DNA of 63,692 nucleotides, counting the filler, from Bigelowiella natans CCMP2755 (taxonomy: Eukaryota; Protista; Cercozoa): the NCBI GenBank assembly GCA_000320545.1. It is 8 parts of 8 records of this genome, joined end to end, with 100 filler letters (N's around TTAATTAATTAA, not from the genome) between each part and the next. Parts side by side here need not be neighbours in the genome. Positions count along the whole stretch, not along the records: positions 1 to 12,186 come from ADNK01002351.1; 7 more parts are not named here. One strand, 5' to 3'. Position numbers and translations under genes: made by a program. The notes beneath the pieces are model-generated. The model had not been told where the DNA came from and did not search any database. It saw only the letters and a list, made by a program, of their open reading frames with translations. Of this stretch, positions 1 through 12,286 are shown piece by piece (within the stretch, counting starts at the first letter, position 1; every line of letters begins with the position of its first letter).

Positions 1-299
1 CTTTGATTAGAAGTCGGGCCCAGTCATCCTTACTGTACTAAAGAAAATAAAACGAAGGAGCATCCTCATCTCGATGGTGACGCGAGTGATGATAATACGA
101 CGGATAGTGATGGAGAAGAGGGAAAGGGGGGGGGGGGGGAAGAAAGATCGATCACAATCTCCATTCATGATGATAAGCGTGAAAAGGGTTTATTTACGAT
201 TTAATGACAAAAACCGCTCTGCGTGCAGTGCAACTGAAACTTATTTGAAGCGTGCATGGACACTATCCGTTATCATTGTTTGAGCGCGTCGCTTTGTCA

Positions 300-852
300 T
301 GCACGCTAGCACGTAACTGCACATGTATCACCTTAGCTATTCGCGCCACCTAGCCACATGCATCGTCGAGGAATTTAATGAAAATGATGTGTCGCACGTG
401 CGACATGCTAGCATGCGTACCGGCGCAATCTAGCAATGCGTACACACATAGACGTCAGCATGCCATCCACGCTAGCACGGCCACATATAGCAATGACATC
501 ATGACATATACAGTACAATACGTAGCATGTGCACGTGTATCTACGTACGTTTGCACATTTATTGTTGCGTTGTGTGCAATGCGCATAATAGACAACGTGA
601 TACATATCTTTCATAATATCTCACATAATACATATTTTACTGTGTCTATTGTATATTGTACGTGCTACACAGTGATGTCGTATTCATATTGCGCCCATAT
701 GGTAACTAATAGCAGCACCAGAATGCTAACAGCGTTGTTAGATTGCATGTTGCGCGTGCGAGAGAGAAACATCATGCCTTCTCCTGCACATACTAAAAAC
801 AAGAACGCGTAGTAGTGTAGCTGCGGACAGCACAGCTATATTATTGGCACGC

Positions 853-892
<40 letters not shown>

Positions 893-1000
893 TGTAATAT
901 ACACATAAACAACTGCGGTATCCACTGCTTTGCACAGCTACATGACGATGACCATCATTGAAAGAATCTAATTGTTTCATTACACATGTACACGCCTCTG
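300..1000. other. Palindrome-rich (CTAG/CATG/TGCA) intergenic block
   Basis: Dense gctagc, catg, tgca and cacgtg words downstream of the GH30 stop; no credible ORF. Confidence 0.6.
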
Positions 1001-1099
1001 CCACCTGCTGGCCAGATGTGCGGCGCAGTGGCTGATCGAGTGGGAGGCTGTGTGCTGTTAATGCCGGCAAGTTAGATTGAATGCGTGGGGCATCTCTCA

Positions 1100-2588
1100 T
1101 CACAACACACCGTGGATCTCTAGAGTGACAATGGATTCAGGCGTGAGTAACTGCTCTAGTGTACGTTTTGGCGTGATCGAACAGCCTCCCTCGTCTCTAA
1201 CGTACTTGTCAGAGTGCGACGGTGTTGTTGCGCTTGTGCGCCATCTTGCACATGGCCCGGCAGTAGAGCTGAACTTTGAGAGATCGATTGTGACCTTTCT
1301 TTCCGATGAGTTTTTGTTAAGAAGCACGAGTACTAGTTTATTCCTGATAAGAGTGGAAAGGACTATGATTAAAACCATCAGCAGCAGCAATGACATCGTC
1401 GTTATGTTTCATCTGCGAACGAATCACTATCATTATCATGATCTTCATAGTATATCACCGATTTGCTTTGCCATCATCCATATCATCATGAATTAAGAAT
1501 GAAAGAAAAGTTTCTTACGTTTTCCCATCATAAGCTGCTATTGTATTATCATCGCCACCATCAATGATCTTGAAACCAGGCTGCAGATTTATTAACTTAC
1601 AATCATTGCTATCATCAACTATCATCATCATCATCATCATCATCATCGTTATCATAAATAACAACAATGACAACAGTAACATACCAGAATGTGCCGAGTA
1701 TAGTGAGCAAAGACGTAATGCTTGTTGTTTATCTTCTCTATCGATGCCTGTTCCATGTTTCCTTGCAGCATTCCCCATCCTGACAAGGTTCATTTAAAAT
1801 GACAACGAGAACCACAAAAGCTCATGATCTACTATTGATGATGGTGACATTGATGATACTTTTAGTGTTGGAGAGAAAGGGTATTGAAGGTATTCATAGG
1901 GTCGATGGTATTTATGACATCGACGGTGTTAATACAGCAATAACACAACATCATCTTAAGAATAACGGTGCTGCTCGTGCGGTGAAGATGACAATAATAC
2001 CACTCGCTTCATCGATCATTTGCCAATACACATAAGCAGTATTGTGCAGCCAGCGGAAGTCTAAATTTAGATTCGAGGCTAGGTCAAGCCCACTAGCAGA
2101 ACCGTCACCTGCATGATCATAAAAACCGCATCGTCATCACGCCATCATCATCATCATCATCATCATCATCATAATCATCATAACATCGCTGTCGCAAAAC
2201 CATATTCAGAGTTCCATAATTTTTTCCCATCCACGGCAGAGAACAGCAGATCTCTCCTTCCCCCAGCTTGTTCGTATCCATGCACGTTGACCTGCGTGGT
2301 AGGCATTCTTGTCGCGACCTTCATTATCGTTGCGTCCCAATCTCATGCTCGCGCGCGCGCGCACACACACACACACAATCATAATCACAATCACCTGCGC
2401 AACTGCAGCTTTGGTATCCTTACTAAAGCTCTTCCACGTCTTCAATGCCAATGTGTAGCTGCGCAGCAAAGATGTGGATTTCGCGAAGGTGGAAGTATTG
2501 GTGATGATACTGATGGCCGCAAGATTGACGAGGGGGGTGATAATGATGGTGGTGAATGATAATTATTTAATAATTAATAAAAGTAATG

Positions 2589-2624
<36 letters not shown>

Positions 2625-4504
2625 CCTATTTTCATCAGACGCAGAGACTCTAATTCCCTATCATATGATGATAGCCAAGTAGGTGGTGATCGATGATGGA
2701 TTATGGGTGATGGCATTAAGGATGACGGTTATGGGGCCGAGAATCACCTTAAGATCCTGTTTGTCAAGTTCCTCTCGCAGCATTCTTGCTACGATTGATT
2801 GTGTATCAGCGCCGAAGTGGCATCTGTCAGTGTGTAATCACCACAATCCTTGGCCATCATCGTTGGTGTTATTACAGTTGTTGTTGTTGTGATCACCATA
2901 CTCATCATTTTCACTGCTCATTAATACTTTTTTTGCTTTTGGTTTTGGCAGTTGTATTTATTCGCGGGGCTGCGTATATTTTAGATGCGTGTTTTATGCA
3001 TGTTGTTGACTCGTATGCCGCATGTACAGATGGTGTTTGTATGGGTTGTCACCCTTCTTGCCCATTGCTCGCTTTCCACCATCCTGACGACGGCTCATTG
3101 AATGCGTCCACAGATCTACAAATTTAAATTTGCGCTTTAGCTCGTGTGTGCGCGTGTGTGTGTGCGCATATGTGATCGATCTTATGAGCAGCTTGGAGGT
3201 GCGATATTCCTTTTTTTGTTTGGCTTGATGAAACGTTGCAATTTCGAGTGTTATTCGCTCACCCGAAGCTTACTCCCCATTTATCTCTAAAAACAGCCAT
3301 ATTTAGTTTATCAAGTTGTCAAAAGACGGACATGTCGGTGACGAGGATTGTGGTGGCAATATTGAGAACAACGACGAGGATACAATCGCGACCTGGCGTG
3401 GCTTGCGACAGCTGCCAGATATAGAGCGTGTTTGTCGTAGTTCCATTTTTGGAGATTATCGGTGCTACCGGAAGCACTTCCAGATGGATTATGGTTGTAT
3501 AGCATCCACCACCTGCATCATGTGTGCGCATTTTATACTTGCGAATATGTGTGTGTGTGTGTTTGTGTGCGTGCTGATATGCCGTCGAGATATTGGTACA
3601 TTGGTGAGTTGGAGAAGAGCTCAAACGTGTCAGCATTCCTCTCCTGGGCCTTTAGGAGCATTGACCTTTGCCTGAAATTAATGATAAGGCGGTTGGGGCG
3701 TTGATGCTATTGCTGATTCTGCTGTTCACGACGACGATAGTGATGATGATGATAATGAATGACTAATACTGATGAACTTGATGACGGCAAATGTAAATAC
3801 ATGGGCAGTATATCAAGCTGTAACCTTTTATCAGCAGACCAGTTCCAAGAAGTCGAAGAGGGGTCGGTGCTATTCCAATCCTAAAATGATGATGATGACG
3901 ATGATGATGATAACGACGAAGACAACGATGACGATGGTAACGATGCTGATGGTGATGATGATAATGACGATAAAATTGACTGTGGTAAGCAAAATAACTA
4001 TGCTAACGACGACGAAAGTGATGCTAGCAGTAATGATGATAGAAAAGCTTTAACAATGATAACGAGGATATGGATGATGATCATACTTCCCAAAATCCTT
4101 CGATTTGCTTCCATTTGGGAATAGTAGGAGAAGGAACCATGGACGCGTTGTCGTACTTTCTGTATCCACTTCCCCCTTTAAGTGTGTGTGTATTTAAGTG
4201 TGCGTGTTCGACCATGCATATTCGCGTAAACATGTCCGTGCTTGTGCACATGTTTATGTGCGAGTGTATATATATACCCGCGTTGTATCTTGCAATGTTG
4301 AGCCCCAGGCCGGGAAGTGTGATATTATTGACTTTGGTCATCTTGTATGAGAAGAACACGTCTGCTAGCGTGTCTTCTAATTTGCTGTCTCCAAAGACGT
4401 TTGCCCACCTTTGATTATCATTGTCATCATAGCCATCATCATCGACAACATCGCGACAACGGTCATTACATGCCACAGACTCAAAGCTTTTTATATGTTC
4501 CTGG

Positions 4505-4540
<36 letters not shown>

Positions 4541-4711
4541 CATCATCAGATATTACCAGCACAGAGATGTCCCCCATCCTTCCCACGTTCCCCAATCCGT
4601 CGCAGGGTTGATTGTCACCACGATTCCGTGCGCAGATGATGATGATGATGACAACGTCGGGGATGATATCAACACTAGCCGAAGCAGTACAAGATGGACA
4701 ATCGCTTTCAT
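1100..4711 (-). CDS. Secreted endo-beta-1,6-galactanase-like glycoside hydrolase (GH30 subfamily 5), multi-exon
   Basis: Spliced minus-strand exons read MKAIVHLVLLRLVLISSP (signal peptide) ...INPATDWGTWEGWGTSLCW|WANVFG..LADVFF..LPGLGLNIARYNA..MVPSPTIPKWKQIEGFW..FELFSNSPM..HNPSGSASGSTDNLQKWNY..AFNEPSSGWW..QEG..CHF..SDEN..VNVHGYEQAGGRRD..KKLWNSEY|GDGSASG..LDFRWLHNTAYVYWQMID..TIAAYD..EIHGVL*. Motif order matches fungal/actinobacterial beta-1,6-galactanases as I recall them. NEP (acid/base) and NSEY (nucleophile) glutamates are present. Confidence 0.9.
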
Positions 4712-5165
4712 TTATTTCCTAATGTATTGCATCAGTGCAATGAGCATCACCATCACCACCGCCATCATTCGTTCAACACGATCGCAGTGAACATCACCCC
4801 TGTTCGTCGCCAACCATCGAAACAACGCCCAGCGTCATCGTCGTCACCACCACCACCACCACCACCATCACCACCACCATCATCATCATCATCGTCAACC
4901 CCTCAAGAACGAAAGTACACCGATAGTGAGAAAGTAAAGGGAATTCATGCGCTGTCGCTACAGGGGGAAACTACTGAAATAAATGAATTTACCTTGTCGC
5001 TATAATAAAACCGCCTCAATTTTTAAAAAAAATTAAACCTCGATGATACGAAAAGATAATATCAGCCGAGCAGAACCGAGCAGAAGGAATTGCCGAAGCC
5101 GGCTGCTGATGATGAAGGGAGGCAGTCTCTACAGGCCGCTGATGCCTTCGTAGATCAGCACTCGG

Positions 5166-6026
5166 ATGAGCCTAGAACGAAGCCATACTTCTTTTTCGCT
5201 TATGTCTGAAGAGAAGATCCACCTGCAATTCTCGGGGGCAAGTGGGAAGGAAGTCTATGGCTCCGATGAGATCGGTAAAGCAGACGTTGAGGCGTGCGAA
5301 GACGAAAGTAACGAAGGCGGAGAAAGGCCGCAGAAGTCGTCACCTGAATGTCTCTCTCAAGTTTGGAAGGACTTTGGAACCGAGGCCTACTTCACAATCG
5401 TTGCCTGGAGTCTGCCGTTGATCAACCTGCTGACCATTATAAACTTCGGCCACGAAGACCAAAAAGACTTGAAGTTCCATTGGATCTATTGGCCACTATT
5501 GGCATCGTATATGATGTGCATATTCAATCTATATGTCACTACGTTCCAGAGCAATTATGAAGACCAGTCCGTCTTCGACAGGGTGGTGGATTGCTTGACA
5601 TCTGACGTGGGGCGAGCATGTGTGCTTGTATGGATTATTGACTTAATGTTAAACACAACGGTGGATTTGGATTTCCAAAATATGTTCTACGACATTCTCT
5701 ATGATAGCATGGCCATAACGTTCTGCTATATTCTTAACTATCGGTACAATCTTCAACGGAGTATGCGAATGAGGAGCATGAACATCAGCCATTTGGCAAA
5801 TGCTGCAATTGATGCGGTGTTCTACCTATGGGTATACTACAAACAGAATAATGAAACTGGGAACAGAGAGTCAAATTACAACCTTTTGATAGAGTCTTTA
5901 GACCTGATCTTAAACTTGCAGTTTGTTTACGCTCTCCTTGAATTTTCGTTCCAGAAATTACGCATGCCAATGATCGATGCCTTCCGGCGTCCTCGATACA
6001 GCATACGATCCAGACGATGGACATAA
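5166..6026 (+). CDS. Hypothetical multi-pass membrane protein, intronless (286 aa)
   Basis: Long complex ORF free of microsatellites; acidic N-terminus followed by about 5-6 hydrophobic segments; head-to-head with the GH30 gene. Family not recognised. Confidence 0.7.
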   Translation: MSLERSHTSFSLMSEEKIHLQFSGASGKEVYGSDEIGKADVEACEDESNEGGERPQKSSPECLSQVWKDFGTEAYFTIVAWSLPLINLLTIINFGHEDQKDLKFHWIYWPLLASYMMCIFNLYVTTFQSNYEDQSVFDRVVDCLTSDVGRACVLVWIIDLMLNTTVDLDFQNMFYDILYDSMAITFCYILNYRYNLQRSMRMRSMNISHLANAAIDAVFYLWVYYKQNNETGNRESNYNLLIESLDLILNLQFVYALLEFSFQKLRMPMIDAFRRPRYSIRSRRWT

Positions 6027-6034
6027 AATTAGCA

Positions 6035-6160
6035 TGTGTGATGCGATATAGACGTCTCTATTCACCTCTGACACTGTGAGAATTGGCCCACGTAGGCAAG
6101 TGGCAATTACACACTTCCGATGTGTGATGCGATATACACGTCTCTGTTCATGCCTGACAC
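6035..6160. repeat. Imperfect ~40-bp direct repeat (2 copies)
   Basis: tgtgtgatgcgatatagacgtctctattca..tgacac at ~6035 and tgtgtgatgcgatatacacgtctctgttca..tgacac at ~6121. Confidence 0.75.
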
Positions 6161-6639
6161 ACGTCACCCATGCCATGCAAACGTATTGCGTGCACAATAA
6201 TAATGCATTGCCAAACCTAGCCTAAGCATCTCAATATGTGCACTGATGATGTAGAATGACACAGGCTTCGCAGTTTTCATATCACAACACAATCAAATCA
6301 CTCATTGTGTGCATATATGGACATCTGCGCATATACTGACGAGTCGCGCCATGGTCTCGTCTCTATCATCAATCACTACCACAGCAAAAAAATGTGGACG
6401 CAACGCGCACACTACATTATATAACATGTACAATGTGCAACACATGCTATGTACGTGTGCCAATGAGGCAGCTGCGCATATGTCGATTTTTCTTGACATA
6501 CGCTCCCCGTCTAGCCGTGCCTATCGCTATCTAACAAGCGCGCAAGCAGGTCTGCTTGAAGTTCAAGACAAGGTGTCAACGTTACGGCGTCGCTGCTCGA
6601 GATGTGATACTTAGCGGCACCTTGCACACACACATATTT

Positions 6640-6680
<41 letters not shown>

Positions 6681-6917
6681 TGACATTTAGCCACTTGATT
6701 TAGAAATTGCTATGCTATGCTAGCGTCGTAGCTGAGTCTCTTTTTTTCCTTCTAATTCAAACGTGGAATGATGTAATGTTCAAGTGGAGGAGATGTAATA
6801 TTTAAAGTAATGATTAATTTTGAGATTTTTATCTCATTCGACTGTTATTCACCTTTTTTTCTAAACTTATTAAATTCATTCAATGATTGCCGCGTCAGGT
6901 TTGACGCAATCAAAATT

Positions 6918-8255
6918 TCAAGCCACTGCTGCATGTGCCCGCCGCTGTGCCTCAGGATGAAGGCGCAGCGGGAAGATGCCATGCCCTGCAGTGTAGTTGA
7001 AGGTGTACTGGTCTCTCCTCACTGTGTCATTCCTAGTTCCTGTGTGGAGCCCATTTGGGTCAAAAACGATGACAGTCCCTGCTCGGCCACAGCACGGCAT
7101 CACAGTCGAAGCGTCAATGTCCTTTTCCTCAAACGTCGTGTCTAATTGGGTGTGAAATTCATGCCACGTCCTGTGAGTCCCAACTGCATAGTCCATGCGC
7201 TGACCATATGCGGGTACGTCGGTGAGGAGAATCATGATCTTCACCATCTTTCTCTTCAAATCATGATGCCACTGGAATGCACGGTATCGTTCATGCGGTA
7301 TGGGCTCCTGACGGTATCCCCGCCCATAAGCGAGTTTCGCGGTTTTCCCGAGATAATGAGAGGCCAATCCGACGAGGAATGGATCGATCGAAAGGCAACT
7401 GAGCTCGAGGCTCTGGCTCAGATGGGACTCCTTCAAACCTCCATCCACCTTGGTCACTTTTTTCACATCTGGTTTTTTCTTCGCGCACCACGAGTTGAAA
7501 TCGGACTGGAGCTGCTTCAAGTCGTCCGGCTTTACGTACGAGGGTAAAATCGCCACTCCGTTTTTGTGAAGTTTGTCGGCGAGATCATGAAAATCGAATG
7601 CTCGCCTCGACTTTGGAACTCGCAGGCAGCACGTCCGATAGAATGGCCACGGCTGTTCGTAGATGTAGTACCAATACCAGTCTATTGCGCGCTTGACAGC
7701 ATACCATCTCATCGAAATTAATGTCAGCTCTAGAGAGCTCTCTGATTTTGTGACCTCATCGAAATCTCCACCATTGTTGTCGCCCTTCTTCGCGGAGGAC
7801 TTCCCCTCTGTTCCCTCCTCCTCCACCCCCTTGTTGGAGTCTATACTTTTGAGTGCCAAAAGATACCATCCGAGAATCTTGGCAACGATTCGCTTCTGGT
7901 CTAACGCCGCCCTTTTGTCTACCGCCCTTGCCCTCTCCGCTATGTTGTACAAGATGCACATGTAGCTCGCAACCAAACGGGCATTCCTCGGTTTCTTCAG
8001 AGCCATTAGAATGTCGTTTAAGAGATCCTTGAAATCTGGTGCATGTGGTCTGAGCAGCCCCGGCAGCGCAATCCTAGCACCGAGGGCGACGTCCTCCACG
8101 TTCTCAGGGAAAACGAGAGGTATTTTCCGTGTCTCTCTAACCTGCTCGAGTTGCGCGTCCCTGGCCGTATCGCAGTACCCAACGGGAAGATCCAGATCTG
8201 CCGTACACATCTTTCGCCACCTAACAATGCTGATTCTCTCTCTTTTGTGCGCCAT
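6918..8255 (-). CDS. Phytanoyl-CoA dioxygenase (PhyH)-family Fe(II)/2-oxoglutarate dioxygenase, intronless (445 aa)
   Basis: LHKNGVAILPSYV start of domain; FQWHHD (HxD), KIMILLTDV..G..YAVGTH, G.AGTVIVFDPNGLH.G (distal His), RRDQ (2OG-binding Arg). About 220-aa unrecognised N-terminal region. Confidence 0.85.
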   Translation of the reverse strand: MAHKRERISIVRWRKMCTADLDLPVGYCDTARDAQLEQVRETRKIPLVFPENVEDVALGARIALPGLLRPHAPDFKDLLNDILMALKKPRNARLVASYMCILYNIAERARAVDKRAALDQKRIVAKILGWYLLALKSIDSNKGVEEEGTEGKSSAKKGDNNGGDFDEVTKSESSLELTLISMRWYAVKRAIDWYWYYIYEQPWPFYRTCCLRVPKSRRAFDFHDLADKLHKNGVAILPSYVKPDDLKQLQSDFNSWCAKKKPDVKKVTKVDGGLKESHLSQSLELSCLSIDPFLVGLASHYLGKTAKLAYGRGYRQEPIPHERYRAFQWHHDLKRKMVKIMILLTDVPAYGQRMDYAVGTHRTWHEFHTQLDTTFEEKDIDASTVMPCCGRAGTVIVFDPNGLHTGTRNDTVRRDQYTFNYTAGHGIFPLRLHPEAQRRAHAAVA

Positions 8256-8295
8256 CCTTTTGAAATCTGAGCGCTCTCCTTCTCATGCCGCAGAA

Positions 8296-8366
8296 ACGTT
8301 TCGGCAGGAACGTTCCAGAAAGAAGTAGCAGGGGCGTTTCGGCAGGAGCGTTTCCAGAAAGAAATA
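8296..8366. repeat. ~30-bp direct repeat just upstream of the PhyH-like start
   Basis: cgtttcggcaggaacgttccagaaagaa followed by cgtttcggcaggagcgtttccagaaagaa. Confidence 0.75.
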
Positions 8367-8629
8367 ACGTGCTGGCAACTTTCAAAAAAATCAGTCAAAA
8401 TCGTCGCACCAGTCCCATGTCGCAGGGAGTAAATGAGCTGAATTAGGGAAAGAAACTCTTCATTGTCGCACATGAATAACACCCTTGATTTTCTGGATTT
8501 TTTTCGCCCTTCGGAACCCAAACGATGGTAATTCGGCATCGAGAAGAGATCACGTGGCTGCACATTCCAGCTTCCCACCCACCACACATCTTCCTTCCCT
8601 CCTCCGTGAGAACTGAGTTTTAGGAAGCA

Positions 8630-11529
8630 ATGCCGCGAGGTGGTAGATATGTGCAGGTCTGCAAAACACAATATTTGAGTGAAGGAATCCCTTGCCTCAT
8701 TACTGCACAACGACATATTTGTACAGCTCCAATACGATGAGAAGCACATTGACAAAGACGATCCGACGAAGGACGTTCGGTACCGCAAATGGCAGTTAGC
8801 GGTGTGCGTCATCCTGGTAGTATAATCAAGTGGCCTTCCACTTTTATCACTCTCCCCTCGTGTCTTTTTCGCATGTTTGTGCGTGTTGCGTGACCCTTCC
8901 AAGGTTTATGCAGCTGGAATACTCATCCTGACGGCTTTGAACCCCGTTGTCAGGATCTAGTCACGGTGTTCGTATTCAATGGGATGTCGACGTCATTCGA
9001 CGTGGCGAAAGATTTCCATGAGTACAGACCAAGTCGTAGTATGGCCGATGTGCTGCTGGGCTCGTGGGCGCGCTGCCTTGTGCTAGCCATCCTCCTCTTC
9101 AGGCCGATGTGGAAAAAGCTGGCGATGTGGACATCTGCGGTGTTCCTGCTGCTTATCATCGGCAAGATGATTCTGTGGAATCAGTGGTCAAGTGAGGGCT
9201 ACGGCTCTGCGTGCCTCATTACGCAGCTGTTCCTTGTTTTTACCGAGATGATGCTTTGCAAAAACTATAAATTCGAGGTACTTTCTATTGCCACCCCCCC
9301 CCCCCCCCTCCCCACCTGATCGCACTAAAAGAGAAGCATGCGTTGTAACACTCGTCCCTCCAATTCTACTACGAGCCTCATATATCACTCGCTTCTACAA
9401 CGAAAAGGTGCTGATCGAGCAAGCTGGCGACGAAGAGAGCAATAACGGTAATGCGGGGTCTGACGCAGTCCCGAGGAGCTCCACGTGGAATCTCTTGAAG
9501 GTATTCACGCACTTGCACGTTACGTGTGCACAGCACAGCCTATCTCCTCGCTTGTAGGAACATGAGTGCGAGGCAATTTCCTTTTAACCATGTCTTTGCC
9601 AAACACACGCATACGTGGATTAGAGAGTGAGTTTCAATTCCTCCTCCTCCTCCTCCTCCTCCTCCTCCTCCCCCCTCCTTCTCCCTCCTCCTCCTCCGCC
9701 GCTGCCACCCCAGGTGCTAGGACCGTATTTCTGGCCATCCGGTTTATGCAATCGCATTCGTGCTCTGTCTACGTGGCTGTGTGTTGGAGTATCCAAGCTC
9801 TCAAACATCATGGCCCCGCTCTTTCTAGCACAGGCAGTCAACCACCTCCGTAACGGCGAGGTTGACTACAAAGCGCTCATCTTCTACGCAGCGCTAGGGT
9901 AATATTGTGCGTGGGTGGTGGTGATAGTAGTAGTAGTAGTAGTAGTAGTAGTAGGTAGGAGGAGTGGTAGCTGTTGGGTTTGTCTTCGGTTTTTCACTCT
10001 GCACACGCCGGCTGCTGCATCAGCAGCGGCCGCGCGAGTGAGAACACGGGTATGTGGGGAGTGGTGACGATGCGTAGTGATTCTACTTATCGCCGTTCCT
10101 ATTTCTGCTCTTGTGGACTGCTGGTAGCGAATGTCATCACCAATGCCTTCTGTGCCTTCATAAAGCAATATATCCTCCCCTAGGTTTACGAATGTGCTAT
10201 TCAAGCAGCTGCAGAATATTATCTACCTCGGAGTCAAGCAGACGGCGTACGCACAGATCTCTGAGAACACGTTCATGCACCTTCACTGCCTCTCCCTCGA
10301 GTGGCATCTCAAGAAGAAGATGGGAAATGTGAGTATATTGGTTTGTTTATTGAGAGGACGGGGGAAGGGGGGAAAGGGGGGGAAGGGGGGGGGGGGGGGG
10401 CGTAGGAGTTCAACCACTACTGCAAACACGCGACAATGAAGAAGAAATCAAGATGAATGTGATGATGATGGTGATGATGATGATGATGATGATGACGAAA
10501 ATGACGGTTATGTAACTCAGAAACCCCAGATTCTTCATCTTGAGTACTTATTTGAGTATTTTCCCCCATCGTCTCATCTTCTATCAGGTGTTACGCAGCA
10601 TGGATCGTGGGGTTAACAGTGCTAACACGGTAGCATTATTGCCACGCTATCACGCAAGGACGCTACTAGCCCTTACACAACGATGATTTCGCTTGTTCTG
10701 TCAGCTCCGTTCAGCGCCGTACACTTGTGCTCATCAGTATTGACTTATAAATCCCGCAGGTGGTGACATACCTGTTCCTATATCTCGTGCCGTCGATGGT
10801 GGAGTGCTTGGTTGTCTTCGTGATATTCTATGAGAACTACAACGAGCCGGCCTTGGCCGTGATCGCCTTCTTTGGAATCTCCGGGTACGCGATCTCGACG
10901 ATCACCATCACCCTGTGGAGAAAGAAGTTTCGCCGGGCAACAAACCGCCACGACAACGCACTGCACGACAAAGCGACTGACAGTCTGATGAACTTTGAAA
11001 CCGTCAAGTAAGTAGTCATACGATCCCCACTTCCCCCCCCCCAGTGAGAATTATTACGACTTTCGCTCGCTGCCTCTGCGCTTACATTTGCCTGTTCTGT
11101 CCCCCCCCCCCCCCCCCCCCCTTTCTTTCTCTACTTAACTGTGAAAGGTACTTCACCAACGAGCAGTACGAGATCGAAGACTATTCCTCGTCCGTCAAAC
11201 AGTACATCAAATATGACGTGAACACGCAAGCTTCGCTCGGGATGCTTAACGCCATCCAACAGTTCTTCATCAGCGGGGTGGGTGAGAGAGGGCATGTAAA
11301 CCGTCGAGATATTCCTTTTTTGTGCATTTTGGGGGAGAATACTGTGTCAGGGAAGGGGGGGGTCAATAATCTACGATGGCGATTGCGTGATTGCTCTTTC
11401 TCGTGCCCGCCTTTATTCCTTCTTGGACAGACGCTAGGGTGTGTACTGTGCCTATCAGCGTATCGAGTCTCCCAGGGCGATATGAATCTTGGCGATTTCG
11501 TGGCAATCAACGCGTAAGGAGAAAGGAGG

Positions 11530-11564
<35 letters not shown>

Positions 11565-12186
11565 AGAAGAAGAAGCTCTTTCCTGAATTTCAAGCGATGT
11601 GATATGAGATTTGTATCTTCGTATTTTGTGACGTCTCGTGCTTACTGCATGCTGAATTCGTTACTGTTCCTGTTGTGCTTGTTGTTGATGATGATGTTCC
11701 CTATTGCGCCGCATTCTTCTCAGCTACATAATCCAGCTCTTCGCTCCGCTATCCTTCCTCGGCACGATCTACAACGCAATCATCCAGGCGTTTGTAGACA
11801 TGCAAAACCTCAGCGACCTGCTTGCTCTTGAACCCGATGTCAAAGACGCTCCGGGGGCCACGCCATTAGTCCTCAACCCGAGAGGGTGAAGTATAACCGT
11901 TTTTCTTTTTTTTGGGTGGGGGGGGGGGGGGGGGCATTAGGGTTGGGGGGCGACAGCGAATGATGATGGTTGTGATGGTGATTTAATCGCAAGCCTTACC
12001 TACTGCTACTTACAAAGGTGCGAAGTTGAATTCCGAAACGTGCGCTTCCACTACCCCGCCCTCACCCCTGATACGGGGCTGCAGGGCATCTCGTTCACCG
12101 TGAAGAGGGGTACCACGACAGCTATTGTCGGGCAAACAGGAGCAGGCAAGAGTACCATAGGACGGCTACTCTCCGATCTACGAATC
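8630..12186 (+). CDS. ABCB6/HMT1/ATM1-like ABC half-transporter, multi-exon, 3' truncated by gap
   Basis: Exons give an extra N-terminal hydrophobic region, then VLGPYFWP, MHLHCLSLEWHLKKKMGN|VLRSMDRG, WRKKFRRATNRHDN..KATDSLMNFETVK|YFTNE, GDFVAINA|YIIQLFAPLSFLGTIY..IIQAFVDMQNL.DLL, VEFRNVRFHYP and Walker A GQTGAGKST. The start at 8630 (MPRGGRYVQ) is tentative. Confidence 0.93.
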
Positions 12187-12286
12187 NNNNNNNNNNNNNN
12201 NNNNNNNNNNNNNNNNNNNNNNNNNNNNNNTTAATTAATTAANNNNNNNNNNNNNNNNNNNNNNNNNNNNNNNNNNNNNNNNNNNN
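12187..12286. other. Assembly gap spacer (44N-TTAATTAATTAA-44N)
   Basis: Identical 100-bp structure occurs seven times; the linker puts stops in all six frames. Confidence 0.98.

Noticed and set aside
378-4053. Numerous 60-150 aa ORFs with poly-H/I/M or YIYI/THTH/ERER runs (also throughout the window)
   Set aside because: Translations of microsatellites or antisense shadows of real exons.
8018-8902. 294-aa minus-strand ORF overlapping the PhyH-like gene
   Set aside because: No motif; overlaps the PhyH ORF out of frame and lies antisense to the likely first ABC exons; probably a chance ORF.
12231-12242. Recurrent TTAATTAATTAA palindrome (7 copies)
   Set aside because: Always centred in exactly 44+44 Ns; an artificial contig linker, not biology.
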